From: a virus
Taxonomy: Duplodnaviria; Heunggongvirae; Uroviricota; Caudoviricetes
IMG/VR virus record: IMGVR_UViG_2909262264_000005
Strand: one strand, 5' to 3'
Length of the DNA stretch: 64,000 nt
A model generated the notes under the pieces. That model searched no databases and was not told where the DNA came from. It saw nothing but the letters and a program-made list of their open reading frames with translations. The translations under genes were made by a program, and so were the position numbers. Positions 1-11,520 of this stretch are shown one piece after another. Positions within the stretch are counted from its first letter, which is position 1; the number at the start of each line of letters is the position of its first letter.

Positions 1-483
1 ATGACGAAGAAAAAAGCACATAAACCTGGTTCAGCGACCATCGCGCTTAACAAGCGCGCCCGTCACGAATACTTTATCGAAGAAGAGTTCGAAGCGGGAC
101 TTGCCCTGCAAGGCTGGGAGGTTAAATCCCTGCGCGCAGGAAAAGCCAATATCAGCGACAGCTACGTCCTTCTGCGTGACGGAGAGGCATTTCTGTTTGG
201 CGCTAACATCACGCCAATGGCCGTGGCCTCCACGCATGTGGTGTGCGATCCTACCCGTACCCGCAAGTTACTTCTCAACCAACGCGAACTGGACTCATTG
301 TACGGTCGCGTCAATCGAGAAGGCTATACCGTAGTGGCGCTCTCCCTGTACTGGAAAAATGCCTGGTGCAAAGTGAAAATCGGCGTCGCCAAAGGTAAAA
401 AACAGCACGATAAACGTTCAGATATCAAAGAACGCGAATGGCAGGTGGATAAAGCACGTATCATGAAAAACGCCCACCGTTAA
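1..483 (+). CDS. smpB: SsrA-binding protein SmpB
   Basis: 160-aa [31 protein letters not shown]...; recognised as SmpB and sits directly upstream of ssrA as in Enterobacteriaceae. Confidence 0.95.
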
Positions 484-697
484 ACCTGCACTCCAATTAT
501 TGACCAGTTCCTCACCGCGCCTCCCTCTCCGGCGGCGCGAATGAACATCTTATTGGCTATCACATCCGACACAAATGTTGCCATCCCATTGCTTAATCGA
601 ATAAAAATCAGGCTACATGGGTGCTAAATCTTTAACGATAACGCCATTGAGGCTGGTCATGGCGCTCATAAATCTGGTATACTTACCTTTACACATT

Positions 698-1060
698 GGG
701 GCTGATTCTGGATTCGACGGGATTTGCGAAACCCAAGGTGCATGCCGAGGGGCGGTTGGCCTCGTAAAAAGCCGCAAAAAATAGTCGCAAACGACGAAAA
801 CTACGCTTTAGCAGCTTAATAACCTGCTTAGAGCCCTCTCTCCCTAGCCTCCGCTCTTAGGACGGGGATCAAGAGAGGTCAAACCCAAAAGAGATCGCGT
901 GGAAGCCCTGCCTGGGGTTGAAGCGTTAAAACTTAATCAGGCTAGTTTGTTAGTGGCGTGTCCGTCCGCAGCTGGCAAGCGAATGTAAAGACTGACTAAG
1001 CATGTAGTACCGAGGATGTAGGAATTTCGGACGCGGGTTCAACTCCCGCCAGCTCCACCA
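698..1060 (+). ncRNA. ssrA: tmRNA (SsrA)
   Basis: Starts GGGGCTGATTCTGGATTCGACGG, ends GGGTTCAACTCCCGCCAGCTCCACCA; internal tag reading frame gcaaacgacgaaaactacgctttagcagcttaa encodes ANDENYALAA-stop. Confidence 0.95.
1034..1060 (+). repeat. 27-bp att core at ssrA 3' end (left junction of tandem prophage array)
   Basis: cgggttcaactcccgccagctccacca is repeated exactly at 45414-45440 next to an integrase gene. Confidence 0.75.
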
Positions 1061-1183
1061 CTTTTGACAGGACCACAACCAGACAGAGACTATAAAAACA
1101 GTCACTTATGGACACTGACCAGACAGTGAGCGGACCAGAAAAAGACAAAAATATACACGCAAAATGCACGCGCATTTAAGAAA

Positions 1184-1217
1184 AGCCTCTGCTTATGAAG
1201 TCAGAGGCTTTTCTATT
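1184..1217 (+). terminator. Intrinsic terminator downstream of ssrA
   Basis: Hairpin agcctctg-cttatgaagt-cagaggct followed by tttctatttg. Confidence 0.55.
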
Positions 1218-1383
1218 TGTAACTAAGTGTAATAATTTAACATCCCCCACCATTGACGCAGTATCGAGAAATATCCCTGCAAGTTGTGTTGTTTCTTTCT
1301 GCGTCCCGACAGGGTGTTATGGTTCCCCACTTCTCTCGGGGCGGACACTTAACGGACGGGAAATTTTCAGGAGTCATTCAGAC

Positions 1384-1420
1384 GTGCTTCGCCCCCTGAT
1401 TGGCGAAGCACGCTTTTTTC
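1384..1420 (+). terminator. Intrinsic terminator (10-bp stem) closing a possible ~170-nt untranslated unit
   Basis: gtgcttcgcc-ccctgatt-ggcgaagcac followed by gctttttt. Confidence 0.55.
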
Positions 1421-1577
1421 TCAGCTTATTCCGTTTTGCCTGTGTGTTGAATAATTCCACTGCAGTTATATAAAATCGGTAACGGCTGGAAATCATTCAA
1501 TACTCGCACTATCGAAAGTTCACCAGCCAACCGCAGCACGTCCTGCATACGACGTGTCTGCGGTTTTTCTTTTTCGC

Positions 1578-2162
1578 TTACATTGTGTCTGGTCCTTCCG
1601 GCCACTCAATATCAGGTGCAGTTGATGTATCAACACGGTTCAGCAACACCCGATACTTCTTCCAGGCTTCCAGCAACGAGTTTTCTTCCTCCGTTGCAAT
1701 TTCCAGATCTGCAGCATCCTGAAGCGGCGCAATATGCTCACTGGCTACCTGCATCAGGTTGTTTTTTGTTTCTTCCGCCTCCCGGATCCGGAACAGTTTT
1801 TCTGCTTCCGTATCCTTCACCCAGGCTGTGCCGTTCCACTTCTGAAACTCCCCTTCCGGCGATAACCAGGTAACATTTTCCGGTAACGGACCGAGTTCAG
1901 AAATAAATAACGCGTCCCCTGACGCTACGTCATAAACCGTTTTACCCCGATGGTCTTCAACGAGATGCCACGATGCCTTATCACTGTTGAAAACAGCCAC
2001 AAAGCCAGCAGGAATATCTGGTGGTGCAATATCGGTACTGTTTGCTGGCAGACCTGTATGAGGCGGAATATATGCGTCACCTTCACCAATAAATTCATTA
2101 GTTCCGGCCAGCAGATTATAAATTTTTATGGTCCGTGGTTGTTCACTCATTCTGAATGCCAT
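1578..2162 (-). CDS. Tail fibre assembly protein (Tfa)
   Basis: 194-aa ORF directly downstream of the tail fibre gene; near-identical copy at 49601-50185. Confidence 0.8.
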   Translation of the reverse strand: MAFRMSEQPRTIKIYNLLAGTNEFIGEGDAYIPPHTGLPANSTDIAPPDIPAGFVAVFNSDKASWHLVEDHRGKTVYDVASGDALFISELGPLPENVTWLSPEGEFQKWNGTAWVKDTEAEKLFRIREAEETKNNLMQVASEHIAPLQDAADLEIATEEENSLLEAWKKYRVLLNRVDTSTAPDIEWPEGPDTM

Positions 2163-4996
2163 TATGCAAGCCTCACAATATAGTTAAATGCGATGTTTTT
2201 GACGGTGTTTTCCGCGTTACCAGCAGCGTTAACGGTGATGGTGTGTCCATGTGAACCAATCGCAACGGAGTGCGTATGAGCACCAATACCGACAGTATGC
2301 GCGTGTGCACCTGCAGATGCTGCTGTGCCGGACAGTGAATGGCTATGATTACCATCTGTACTGGTATTCGCTAACCACCCCGTAGACATACCTACTGAGC
2401 CTTGTACACCCCAGGTATTTTGACCTGAGCTTGTATAACCATATTGATAAGTATCTTTAAAAACACTGGGGTTAAATCGACGGCCATCTCTATGGCTGTG
2501 ATTACCAGCTGCATTCGTGCTGCCACTTAAACTATGGGTATGCGCACCAGTGTTATTCGTGGATTTAGTGCCGTAATCAAACGACGATGTGGTTTTCGTC
2601 CCCAAATCCGTACTGGATGCGCTGGCGCTGTGGGTATGCGATTTAATGCCGTCCTGTTCCTGAGACAATACGGCCCGACCACTGGCAGGTTTGCCCTTAA
2701 TCGTCCAGCCACGCATATCAGGGATCACGCCTGACGGATAAGCGGCTGCAAGTTTCGGGTATGCAGATTTGTCAAAAGTCTGCCCCTGCATCAGGGCATA
2801 GCCAGACGGAACGGTATCTGATGGCCACGGGATTGGTGCGCCAGGCGGATAAAACTGCTCTGATGGCGTATAGAGTGAATAAACTGTACCGTCCGTTAAC
2901 CCTTCCGGCTTATTAGCAGAATATGCTGGTGACGTATGAATCGTCACGCTGGCATTACTGGTATAATCCCATTGAATATTTACACCAGTCGCATAATTTC
3001 CGATTGCAACGTAAATATCGTAAGTATCACCAGATGTATTGACCCAGGCAAAATTTGTAAACCCTGTCGATGTGCGCTGCCATAAAGCACCAGTAATCCC
3101 CTTCGGATTACCATTACCTGCACGTAAAACAAGTTCAGATATACCTGCCTGTTGAGGTGACCCCACGTTAAATCCAGCGCCACCAATCAACGTAATTGAA
3201 ACAACAGAACTCGCCTGTGGCATGGTTACCGTTGCTAATTTGAACCAACCAGCACCACCGCTGAATGACATTGTTGTTGAGTTAAGCGTACCAATATCTT
3301 TCGGCGTCAGTGTTATATCCGCTGAAAGCGCCTTACCATTCACCTTACGGGCAGAAGGTACCCGACCATTCGCATTGTCATTAGCTGCTTTCACTGCTTT
3401 CGGTGTCGCAGCAAGCGTTTCAGATGTGCTGTTGGTTGCACTACTGAGCTGGACAATTCCTTTCTGTGCTGTCGTTGCATCCTGTGCGGTGTATTTCCCG
3501 TTAGCCAGGTCATACGCGGCCTTAACGGCTTTTGGCGTTGCCGCCTGTGACTCGGAAGTGCTGTTGGTCGCACTGCTGAGCTGTACTATCCCCTTTTTCG
3601 TCGTGCTCGCATCCTCAAGCGCCACGGCGGATGCAATATCCTCTGCCCGTTTTGCTGCTGTCTCGGCGCGCGTTGCCGCGGATTCCGCCGTACTTTTGCT
3701 CTGTGCTGCCGCTGCCGCACTGCCAGCAGCCTCTGTCGCCTTCGTGGATGCCGTCGTGGCGCTGCCCCTCGCTGCTGACGCCTGTCTGGTCGCCTCATCT
3801 TTTGAAGCAGACGCAGATGATGCCGATGACGCCGCCGAACTGGCGGACGATGCGGCAGCCGTTTTTGAGGATTCTGCGCTGGTTTCCGACGCTTTCGCGT
3901 TCGTTTCGGATGTCTTCGCTGCGGAAGCAGACCTCGCTGCTGCGCTGGCCTGTTCAGTGGCTTCGCCAGCCTTCGTTGTGGCTGTTGAAGCAGACGATGC
4001 GGCACTTTCTGCCGACTTTCCGGCAGCGGTGGCACTGGCTGAGGCCTGCCCGGCACTTGTTGACGCGGCGCTGGCAGATGATGCAGCCGCTGTTTTTGAG
4101 CCTGCCGCAGCCGAGGCGCTCTGTCCCGCTGCCGTTTCAGAAGACCTGGCGTTCGTCTCGGACGTTTTTGCCGCCTTCGCGGAATTTCCTGCCGCCGTTG
4201 CCGAGGAAGCGGCACTACTGGCGCTTGATGATGCGTTCGTTTCTGATGATTTTGCCGCCTCTTTTGAAGCCGACGCATCCCGTGCTGAAGTGGCTGCTTC
4301 TGACGCTTTCGTAGTCGCGGTGGATGCAGAAGTGGCTGCTGATTGTTGTGACGCTGCCGCATTCGTTTCTGACGTTTTCGCCGCACCGGCACTGGTAGCC
4401 GCCGCGCTTTTTGAGGACTCTGCAGCGGCAGCACTTTTTAATGCTTCAGTGGCCTTTGTTGATGCCGTTCCTGCGCTGGAAGACGCTGACTGAGCCGACG
4501 AAGCAGCCTGTCCGGCTGACGTGCTGGCTGCGCGTGCTGAGCCTGCAGCATCAGTCGCATGGGTTGCCGCCTCACGGGCTGATGTGCTGGCATCGCTGGC
4601 TGACTTCTTCGCGGCTGCCGTGTTCTGTGCCACCGCGGACGCGTTACGCGCCACCTCTTCCACCATCAGTTCAAAACGGCGCAGTGCCTCAGGACGGGCA
4701 TCATCCTCCGTCATGGCACCGAGAAAATCATTCAGCGTACCGGGTCGGGAATCTTCATACACGGTGATGGTCCCGGCATGTGACGGCGGGAATCCTTCCA
4801 CCAACAGAATAACGCTGTACTGACCGTACTCAACGTCCATGCTGTAACGCCCGGCTTCATCCGGATTTTCTGAGGCCAGCGTGTTCACCACCACCGTGGT
4901 ACTGTTACGTTTTGCTTTCAGCTGGATTGTGCAGTTCTGTACCGGTTTTCCTGTGCCGTCTTTCAGTACACCTGAAATCTTTACTGCCATATTCAC
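2162..4996 (-). CDS. Side tail fibre protein
   Basis: 944 aa; long Ala/Ser/Thr-rich repetitive rod region; C-terminal His-rich HSHSLSG/HAHTVG motifs typical of lambdoid tail fibres. Confidence 0.85.
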   Translation of the reverse strand: MNMAVKISGVLKDGTGKPVQNCTIQLKAKRNSTTVVVNTLASENPDEAGRYSMDVEYGQYSVILLVEGFPPSHAGTITVYEDSRPGTLNDFLGAMTEDDARPEALRRFELMVEEVARNASAVAQNTAAAKKSASDASTSAREAATHATDAAGSARAASTSAGQAASSAQSASSSAGTASTKATEALKSAAAAESSKSAAATSAGAAKTSETNAAASQQSAATSASTATTKASEAATSARDASASKEAAKSSETNASSSASSAASSATAAGNSAKAAKTSETNARSSETAAGQSASAAAGSKTAAASSASAASTSAGQASASATAAGKSAESAASSASTATTKAGEATEQASAAARSASAAKTSETNAKASETSAESSKTAAASSASSAASSASSASASKDEATRQASAARGSATTASTKATEAAGSAAAAAQSKSTAESAATRAETAAKRAEDIASAVALEDASTTKKGIVQLSSATNSTSESQAATPKAVKAAYDLANGKYTAQDATTAQKGIVQLSSATNSTSETLAATPKAVKAANDNANGRVPSARKVNGKALSADITLTPKDIGTLNSTTMSFSGGAGWFKLATVTMPQASSVVSITLIGGAGFNVGSPQQAGISELVLRAGNGNPKGITGALWQRTSTGFTNFAWVNTSGDTYDIYVAIGNYATGVNIQWDYTSNASVTIHTSPAYSANKPEGLTDGTVYSLYTPSEQFYPPGAPIPWPSDTVPSGYALMQGQTFDKSAYPKLAAAYPSGVIPDMRGWTIKGKPASGRAVLSQEQDGIKSHTHSASASSTDLGTKTTSSFDYGTKSTNNTGAHTHSLSGSTNAAGNHSHRDGRRFNPSVFKDTYQYGYTSSGQNTWGVQGSVGMSTGWLANTSTDGNHSHSLSGTAASAGAHAHTVGIGAHTHSVAIGSHGHTITVNAAGNAENTVKNIAFNYIVRLA
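3400..4650. repeat. GC-rich tandem coding repeats (Ala/Ser/Thr-rich) inside tail fibre gene
   Basis: Repetitive gcngcn-type codon runs; produce long artefactual ORFs in other frames and on the opposite strand (3222-4493, 3586-4434). Confidence 0.6.
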
Positions 4997-5054
4997 CCCA
5001 CAAAAAAGCCCGCCTGAACCGGCGGGCTGTCATAACACTGTGTTACCTGGCTAA

Positions 5055-5654
5055 TCAGAATTTATAACCGACACCCACGATGAAACCGTCAGTGCGCCAG
5101 TCGCCACTGCCGGAACCTTCATAAGCGACATCAACGGCCACGGATTCGGTCGGGTTAAACTGCACGCCAGCCCCCCACGCCAGAGACGTGTTGCTGTGGC
5201 GACCGTCATCACTTCCGATCAGCACATCGTGCGTTTTCCCCGTATTGTCGGTCACCTGCAGATAATCCCCGGAGAAAGTCGACACACGGCTGTAAGCCAC
5301 ACCCGCCATCGCATACGCGCTGAACCATTCATTCACGCGCACAGACGGCCCCGCCATCACGCTGAACCAGCGGTTACGCACGGAATCTTCATGCCAGCGG
5401 GTATCGCTGTAATGCGTTTTTTGCTCATCTTCAGCGTTGGCATAACTGAATGACGTAATCAGCCCCAGCGTGTCCGTAAACTCATAACGGTATTTCACGT
5501 TAATCCCGTTCAGATTATCGCTGCCGGGAGCGTTCGTACGGGCATGAAGATACCCTGCGCTCAGTGTGGCCTGCTGCTCAGACGCCCATGCAGGCGCACC
5601 GGATACGGCCAGACAGATGGCTGCGGACAAAATGGCTGCACAAACTTTACGCAT
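5055..5654 (-). CDS. lom: Lom-like outer-membrane protein (Ail/Lom family)
   Basis: 199 aa with signal peptide, beta-barrel-like composition, C-terminal ...[10 protein letters not shown]; located between J and tail fibre as in lambda. Confidence 0.8.
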   Translation of the reverse strand: MRKVCAAILSAAICLAVSGAPAWASEQQATLSAGYLHARTNAPGSDNLNGINVKYRYEFTDTLGLITSFSYANAEDEQKTHYSDTRWHEDSVRNRWFSVMAGPSVRVNEWFSAYAMAGVAYSRVSTFSGDYLQVTDNTGKTHDVLIGSDDGRHSNTSLAWGAGVQFNPTESVAVDVAYEGSGSGDWRTDGFIVGVGYKF

Positions 5655-5721
5655 AATTACCTCTCGCTTTTCTGCAATAAAAAAGGCGCCATTTCTGGCG
5701 CCCGTATATGGGTTATAAAAT

Positions 5722-8700
5722 TCAGCTGATACTGATGCCTGCGGTGGCTTTCTTCATCACCACAACCAGCAAATCGCTGATACTTGCTGTGGGATACCAG
5801 TCATTTACCAGCCACGCTGACACCGAAAACTCCAGCGTCATGTGACCGTGACCAGCCGGCATATCAATAACACCACTGTAAATCAGCGTATTATCCAGCG
5901 CGGTACGGTTATAAATTTCAGCGCCGTTTTTCCGTACGATCAGACGGCATGAGGAGTAAATATCAGTATGCTCTTTCTCATGTTTAGCGCCACTGAATGC
6001 CACCGCCGGAATAACAATCTGCCGGTCAAACGGCTGATCGTCATAAACCCTGACGGTAATGGTTCCTGATGGCCACCGCTCCGGTGCACGGGAGTCCCGG
6101 GGGAAAGCTTTGCCCACTGTTTTAACGAGATCGCCTTCAATCTGGTTCGCGGACAGTTTTCCCAGAACCCGACAGTTCTCGTTAATCGTGACGTTGTTGA
6201 GCGTCCCGGAGTTCGCATTCACGTTACCGCTGATATCGGCATTTTTCGCCGTCAGCCGTCCGTCCGGTGTCAGGGAAAATGCCGGAGGATTACCGCCGCT
6301 GGTAATGGTCGGAGCCGTCAGGCGTTTCAGGAACACGTCGTTCATGAATATCTGATCGCCCTGACCAACAAACATTGGTCTTGTGTTGCCATTAGACGGA
6401 TCAATAAACGCGATACGGTTAGCGGCAACCAGGAACTGGCTCAGTTTGCCTTCCTCCGTATCCTCCATGCTGAGGCCAATACCCGCGACATAATGTTTGC
6501 CGTCTTTGGTCTGCTCAATTTTGACGCCCCACATGGCATTCCACTTATCACTGGCGTCCTTCCACTCTTTCGAAAACTCCTCCAGTTTGCTGGCGTTATC
6601 CTCCGTCAGCTCGACTTTTTCCAGCAGCTCCTTGCCGAGATGGGATTCGGTTATCTGGCCTTTGAAAAAATCCAGGTAACCTTCCGCATCATCGCTCGCC
6701 CGACCAACAGCCTCCACGAATGCCGATTTGCCAACGGTGTTCACACTGCGGATATAAAAGTAATAATCATGGCCCGGTTTGATATTGATACTGGCGGCTA
6801 TCCAGTACAGCGCCGTACCAAGATAGCGGGCTGTGGTTTCAACCTGCCTGATATCGGTAATCCGCTTTTCCGAGAACCAGAACTCAAACTGTACCGTCGG
6901 ATCATAAACCGCAAGATGCGGCGTGGCGGTGATCTGAAAATAGCCCGGCGTCAGCTCAATCCGCGACGGCGCTGCCGGTGCGGCAATCCGGAACGATACC
7001 GACGCCGGATCGCCCTGCTGTCCCCACGCATTTACCGCCCGGACTGTCAGCCTGTAGTTTCCCAGCGCCAGCTGCCTGAAGCGGTATGTGGTTTCCGTCG
7101 TCCGGGCCGTGCTGACCAGCCGCTCACTGCCGTCATCCGCTGCCACGGCCAGGCGAAGCAGGAAGCTCACGCCCTTCACCACCTTCGGCGTGTCCCAGCG
7201 CGCCAGCACCTGATATTCCCCGCTGTCTGCGGTGACTTCTGCGGTCAGGTGCTGCACTGCTGGCGGCGTGACACCATTCACCGTGCCGCTCTGGTCGCCG
7301 TCAAAGTGCGCCCCGTTATCCACGATGGCCTCTTTTTCCGGTACATGCTGCACGGCGGTGATGGCATACGTGCCGTCATCGTTCTCACGGATACTCACGC
7401 AGCGGAACAGGCGCTGGCGCAGCGTCGGCAGCTTCAGCCCCCACACGCTGTATTCAGCAACACCGTCAGGAACACGGCTCACTTTCACCTTCACGCCGTC
7501 GGTGACGGACTGGACCTCCACGCTGACCGGATTGCCATTTCCGTCAACCAGGCTTATCAGCGTGGTACCGGAGGATGGCAGCGTGATTTCACGGTCGAGC
7601 GTCAGCGTCCGGGTCTGGCTGTTCACCGCCAGCACGCGACCACCGGTGCTGATACCGGCATAGTCATCATCGCAGATTTCAATGACATCGCCCGGTACAT
7701 GGCGAAGCCCTTCAGCACCCACGCTGAAATCCACGGTCTGCGTCTCCAGCAGTTCCGTTTTAATCAGCCACAGCCCGGCGCGGTGTGCCTGCCCCCGGCT
7801 GGTACAGCCAAAGGCATCCATCTTCGTGACATTACGACCGTAACGGGCAATGGCCTGCGTATCTTCAACAAGCTCTGTCGCCGTCTCCCAGCCGTTGTTC
7901 GGGTCAATCCAGTTCACCTCAACGGCATTATGGCGGTCCTTCAGGGCGCTGAAGCTGTAGCGGAACGGCGCGCCATCATCCGGCATCACCACATTACTGC
8001 GGTTATAGGTCCACACCTTATCCGACGGTCGGTCCTGCACGAACGTCAGCGTCTGCCCGTTCCATACCGGCATACAGCGCATCGCCGAGCAGAAATCACT
8101 GAGCACATCCCACGCCTTGCGCTGTGTGGTCAGGTACGCATTACAGGTGATGCGCGGCTCCGTGCCGCCAAAGCCGTCCGGCACTGACTGGTCGCAGTAC
8201 TGGCCGATGACATACAGCGCCCATTTGTCCACATCCGCCGCACCAAGACGTTTCCCCATGCCGTAGCGCGGGTGGGTCAGCATATCCCACAGACACCAGG
8301 CCATGTTGTTGCTGTATGCTGGTTTTAACGTTCCGTCCCAGATACCGCTGTATTGTCGCGTCTGCGGGTTATAGTTCGACGGCACCTGCAGAATGCGCCC
8401 GCGAAGATGATAATTACGACTCACCTGCTGGCTGCCGAACTGCTCCGAGTCCACCTGTACGCCGACCAGTGCAGTGTTCGGGTAGCACTGTTTCACATCG
8501 ATGATTTCGGTGTATGACGACCAGAGCGTTTTGTTCTGCAGCTGGTCTGTGGTGCTGTCCGGCGTCATCCTGCGCATCCGTATATTGAACGGGCGCGGCG
8601 GCAGGTTACCCACCACCACCGAGGCCAGATACTGCGAGGTGGTTTTGCCCTTAATGGTGATGTCTTTTTCCGTCACCCAGCCACCATTACGCTGGATCTG

Positions 8701-9117
8701 AACCAGCAGGCGGACTTCCGACGGATTCCGGTCCCCCTTTGAGGTGGTTTCCACCAGTGCCTGCACACCGAAGGTAAAGCGCAGACGGTCGATGTTTGCA
8801 GACGTGATGGTCCGGGTAATCGGCGTGTCGTACTTCACTTCCGTACCCAGCACCGTCTCGGAGCCGGAGGATTCAAATCCCTCCGGCGGTGTCTGCTCCT
8901 GCTCACCGGCCCGGAAAACCACCGTGACACCGGAGATATTGGTATTCCCCTCACTGTCCAGCACCGGCGTACTGTTCAGCAGCACGCTTTTTAATCCGTC
9001 CACCGGACCTTCAACCGGCCCTTCACTGATGGCGTCTATCACGCTCAGCATCTGGGATGATTTCAGGTTGTCCTTCGCTTCGCGCGGGGTATGCCCCTTA
9101 CTGCTGCCTTTACCCAT
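5722..9117 (-). CDS. Host specificity protein J (central tail fibre)
   Basis: 1131 aa; position and length as lambda gpJ; paralogue at 54314-57796. Confidence 0.9.
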   Translation of the reverse strand: MGKGSSKGHTPREAKDNLKSSQMLSVIDAISEGPVEGPVDGLKSVLLNSTPVLDSEGNTNISGVTVVFRAGEQEQTPPEGFESSGSETVLGTEVKYDTPITRTITSANIDRLRFTFGVQALVETTSKGDRNPSEVRLLVQIQRNGGWVTEKDITIKGKTTSQYLASVVVGNLPPRPFNIRMRRMTPDSTTDQLQNKTLWSSYTEIIDVKQCYPNTALVGVQVDSEQFGSQQVSRNYHLRGRILQVPSNYNPQTRQYSGIWDGTLKPAYSNNMAWCLWDMLTHPRYGMGKRLGAADVDKWALYVIGQYCDQSVPDGFGGTEPRITCNAYLTTQRKAWDVLSDFCSAMRCMPVWNGQTLTFVQDRPSDKVWTYNRSNVVMPDDGAPFRYSFSALKDRHNAVEVNWIDPNNGWETATELVEDTQAIARYGRNVTKMDAFGCTSRGQAHRAGLWLIKTELLETQTVDFSVGAEGLRHVPGDVIEICDDDYAGISTGGRVLAVNSQTRTLTLDREITLPSSGTTLISLVDGNGNPVSVEVQSVTDGVKVKVSRVPDGVAEYSVWGLKLPTLRQRLFRCVSIRENDDGTYAITAVQHVPEKEAIVDNGAHFDGDQSGTVNGVTPPAVQHLTAEVTADSGEYQVLARWDTPKVVKGVSFLLRLAVAADDGSERLVSTARTTETTYRFRQLALGNYRLTVRAVNAWGQQGDPASVSFRIAAPAAPSRIELTPGYFQITATPHLAVYDPTVQFEFWFSEKRITDIRQVETTARYLGTALYWIAASINIKPGHDYYFYIRSVNTVGKSAFVEAVGRASDDAEGYLDFFKGQITESHLGKELLEKVELTEDNASKLEEFSKEWKDASDKWNAMWGVKIEQTKDGKHYVAGIGLSMEDTEEGKLSQFLVAANRIAFIDPSNGNTRPMFVGQGDQIFMNDVFLKRLTAPTITSGGNPPAFSLTPDGRLTAKNADISGNVNANSGTLNNVTINENCRVLGKLSANQIEGDLVKTVGKAFPRDSRAPERWPSGTITVRVYDDQPFDRQIVIPAVAFSGAKHEKEHTDIYSSCRLIVRKNGAEIYNRTALDNTLIYSGVIDMPAGHGHMTLEFSVSAWLVNDWYPTASISDLLVVVMKKATAGISIS

Positions 9118-9177
9118 TCGTCATGCTCCATAAACGATAAAACCGCCCGGAGGCGGTTTCACATAAAACGTTTTTCA

Positions 9178-9819
9178 TCAGCGACCAATCACCACAACCT
9201 GACCACCATCCCCTTCGTCTGCCGTGCTGATCTCCTGAGAGACCACCCGCGACCCCACGCGCATTTCACCGTACAGAACGGGCAGAACATTGCCCTGGGC
9301 AACCATATTATCCAGTGAAGAAAAATAGGTGTTCTGTTTGCCGTTATCCGTTGTCTGTGTGCGGGGGGTTTTGGGTTTAGGAGCCAGCATCTGTGCAACA
9401 CCGCCAAGCGTCATACTGGCACCGAGAGAAAAAAGCAGATTACTCGCCATTATTCCTACCCCCGGCATCCATATAGCAACCGCCATAACAGCAGCTCCCA
9501 GCACTGCCTGAAACACACCGCCACTTTTGGCTCCTGCCAGACGCGGCACGATGTGGATCACTGCTCCATTCGCCAGCGGTTCATTAAGACGGGCTGATAA
9601 TTCGTTTTCGCCTGCATCACGCCCGGCAATGCGCACCTGATACCAGCCGTCGCTCAGTTTCTGACGAAACGCCGGAAACTGCATAGCCAGCGCCCGGATG
9701 GCTTCGGCTCCCGTTTTCACACGCAGATCGATGCGGCGACCAAATCGTTGTAAATCCCCGTAAAGGCAGATGCGTGCCATGCCCGGTGACGCCAGAGGGA
9801 GTGTGTGCGTCGCTGCCAT
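9178..9819 (-). CDS. Tail assembly protein I
   Basis: MAATHTLPLASPGMARICLYGDLQRFGRRIDLRVKTGAEA... recognised as lambda gpI-like. Confidence 0.8.
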   Translation of the reverse strand: MAATHTLPLASPGMARICLYGDLQRFGRRIDLRVKTGAEAIRALAMQFPAFRQKLSDGWYQVRIAGRDAGENELSARLNEPLANGAVIHIVPRLAGAKSGGVFQAVLGAAVMAVAIWMPGVGIMASNLLFSLGASMTLGGVAQMLAPKPKTPRTQTTDNGKQNTYFSSLDNMVAQGNVLPVLYGEMRVGSRVVSQEISTADEGDGGQVVVIGR

Positions 9820-10460
9820 TTGTCGGTATACCTCTCTCGTTTGCTCAGTTGTTCAGGAATATGGTGCAGCAGCTCGCCGTCACCACAGTAAATGGCGGCA
9901 TGATTCGGCACCGATGAACCAAAACAGCACAACAGCACATCGCCCGGTTGTGCTGATGACAACGGCACCTGATACAGCCCCGTGGCCTCCAGATTATCCA
10001 GATAGAGATTCTGACCGTTACGCCACCAGTCATCCCCGCGATGAAAATCCGGCATCTCAATCCCCGCCAGATGATAAGCATCCCGGAACAGCGTGTAACA
10101 GTCCGTCACCCCGTGCTCAAAGCGTCGCCCGGTAAGATGCGGCACACTGCGAAATTTATGAATCTCACCCCGGCAGACCAGCCACCAAGGCAAATCGCTC
10201 TGCACCTGCAGCCGCCGGTCGGCCTCACTCAGCCAGGGCAGACCACCGGGGTGGCTGTGGACCAGCGCCACAATCTCACCCTGCATCTCTGCCCACAGCC
10301 AGTCCTCCGGCGACATCCGGAAATACGCCTCCGGCTCACCGGAGATATTCACGCAGGGAAAATATCTTTCCCCTTCCGGCGTTCTCACCACGAAGCCGCA
10401 CGACTCCGCTGGCGCACATCGCCGGGCGTGCGCCAGAATCGCTGATTCTGTCTGTGTCAT
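9717..10460 (-). CDS. Tail assembly protein K (NlpC/P60 and MPN/JAB-like domains)
   Basis: MTQTESAILAHARRCAPAESCGFVV... with HSHP motif; 3' end overlaps the gpI-like gene. Confidence 0.8.
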   Translation of the reverse strand: MTQTESAILAHARRCAPAESCGFVVRTPEGERYFPCVNISGEPEAYFRMSPEDWLWAEMQGEIVALVHSHPGGLPWLSEADRRLQVQSDLPWWLVCRGEIHKFRSVPHLTGRRFEHGVTDCYTLFRDAYHLAGIEMPDFHRGDDWWRNGQNLYLDNLEATGLYQVPLSSAQPGDVLLCCFGSSVPNHAAIYCGDGELLHHIPEQLSKRERYTDKWQRRTHSLWRHRAWHASAFTGIYNDLVAASICV

Positions 10461-10465
10461 GGGAT

Positions 10466-11164
10466 TTACTGCGAAAGTTTGTTAATGGAAAGGAAGCCGC
10501 CAAAGTTGCCGACGTTATTGCGAAACTTACAGCCACTCAGGCATTTGCTGCATTTATCCTTCGTGATATCGGACGTCGGCTGATCATATTCATCCGCGAC
10601 AGCCGGACCGTGATAACCGCACTCATCACCGCGATAGGTCCAGGTGCAGGTGTTGGCCAGCATGATGCGCCCCGGAAAAACAGCGCCATCCGTTTCCGTC
10701 GGCGTGGACAGTACAAAAGAAGCACTGACCGCGCTCAGTTCGCTGCACTGCTCGATGCGCCAGCGGCTGATCACCTCCTGCTCCGGGTCGGCGTCACTGT
10801 TCCCGTTGACGAAGTTCACCGCATCCAGAAAACGGGCGTAAACCTTACGCCGGACCACCGTTCCGCCGACCAGACTCTGCAGATCTTCCGCCATCCCGGT
10901 GACCATGCCGTGCAGATTAGAGACTTTCAGCGTTGGCCTTGCACTGGCTCCTTTGCCGTTCATCTCAAATCCACTTCCCTGAATGGGATAGGCCTGATAC
11001 TGCCGCCCCTGCCAGGTGACTGGTTCACCTTTTTCGTTCTGCTCATTACAGAAGAAATAACGATCTCCGCCGACCTCTGTCAGATCAATTTCCCAGAGCA
11101 CGACCAGCGCGGATTGCTCCGTTTTAGTGCACTCATTGAGTGTTTCCTGCTGTATATCCTGCAT
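10466..11164 (-). CDS. Minor tail protein L
   Basis: 232 aa, same length as lambda gpL; Cys-rich C-terminus. Confidence 0.8.
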   Translation of the reverse strand: MQDIQQETLNECTKTEQSALVVLWEIDLTEVGGDRYFFCNEQNEKGEPVTWQGRQYQAYPIQGSGFEMNGKGASARPTLKVSNLHGMVTGMAEDLQSLVGGTVVRRKVYARFLDAVNFVNGNSDADPEQEVISRWRIEQCSELSAVSASFVLSTPTETDGAVFPGRIMLANTCTWTYRGDECGYHGPAVADEYDQPTSDITKDKCSKCLSGCKFRNNVGNFGGFLSINKLSQ

Positions 11165-11520
11165 CAGTGAGTGACCTCTTCAAAGGTACAGTTAAAATCG
11201 GTATACATAGCATTATCCGAAATGCTCCACTCCCTGCAGACAACCCGGACAGTCCTGTTGTGTTTTGGCGGACGCCACAAAAAAGCACGAATCCCGGCAT
11301 GACGGGATAAAAAACTGTCCAGCGCGGCACGGGAATATTCATCTGTGACACGAAATACCGGTTTAAACGTTTTCAGATCCGCATTCAGACCACCAGCCCG
11401 TCGCTGTTCATATCCGTCACCAAACTTTACCGTAATAACTGATGGCTTTCGTGTCGTCTCCATCCCCTCACGGGGGATCCAGTTAAAAACTTCAGGCTCA
11501 GGCACTGTATAATCCTCCAT
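11164..11520 (-). CDS. Minor tail protein M
   Basis: Conserved FGDGYEQRRAGGLN motif; start set at the MEDYTV ATG (listed ORF extends to 11550). Confidence 0.65.
   Translation of the reverse strand: MEDYTVPEPEVFNWIPREGMETTRKPSVITVKFGDGYEQRRAGGLNADLKTFKPVFRVTDEYSRAALDSFLSRHAGIRAFLWRPPKHNRTVRVVCREWSISDNAMYTDFNCTFEEVTH

Noticed and set aside
1195-1473. 92-aa ORF between ssrA and tfa
   Set aside because: No convincing RBS, it spans two terminator hairpins, and the region is better explained as non-coding (possible small RNA).
3222-4493. Long ORFs (423 aa on plus strand, also 3586-4434 and 3631-4314) overlapping the tail fibre gene
   Set aside because: They lie within the GC-rich Ala/Ser/Thr codon repeat region of the minus-strand tail fibre gene and translate to low-complexity Ala/Arg/Pro-rich sequence; frame artefacts of the repeat. 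The same applies to 52157-53086 and 52179-53186 in prophage B.
6493-8187. 564-aa ORF on the plus strand antisense to J (and 55448-57196 in prophage B)
   Set aside because: Entirely antisense to the well-supported J gene, Arg-rich low-complexity translation, no RBS; typical antisense artefact in a high-GC gene.
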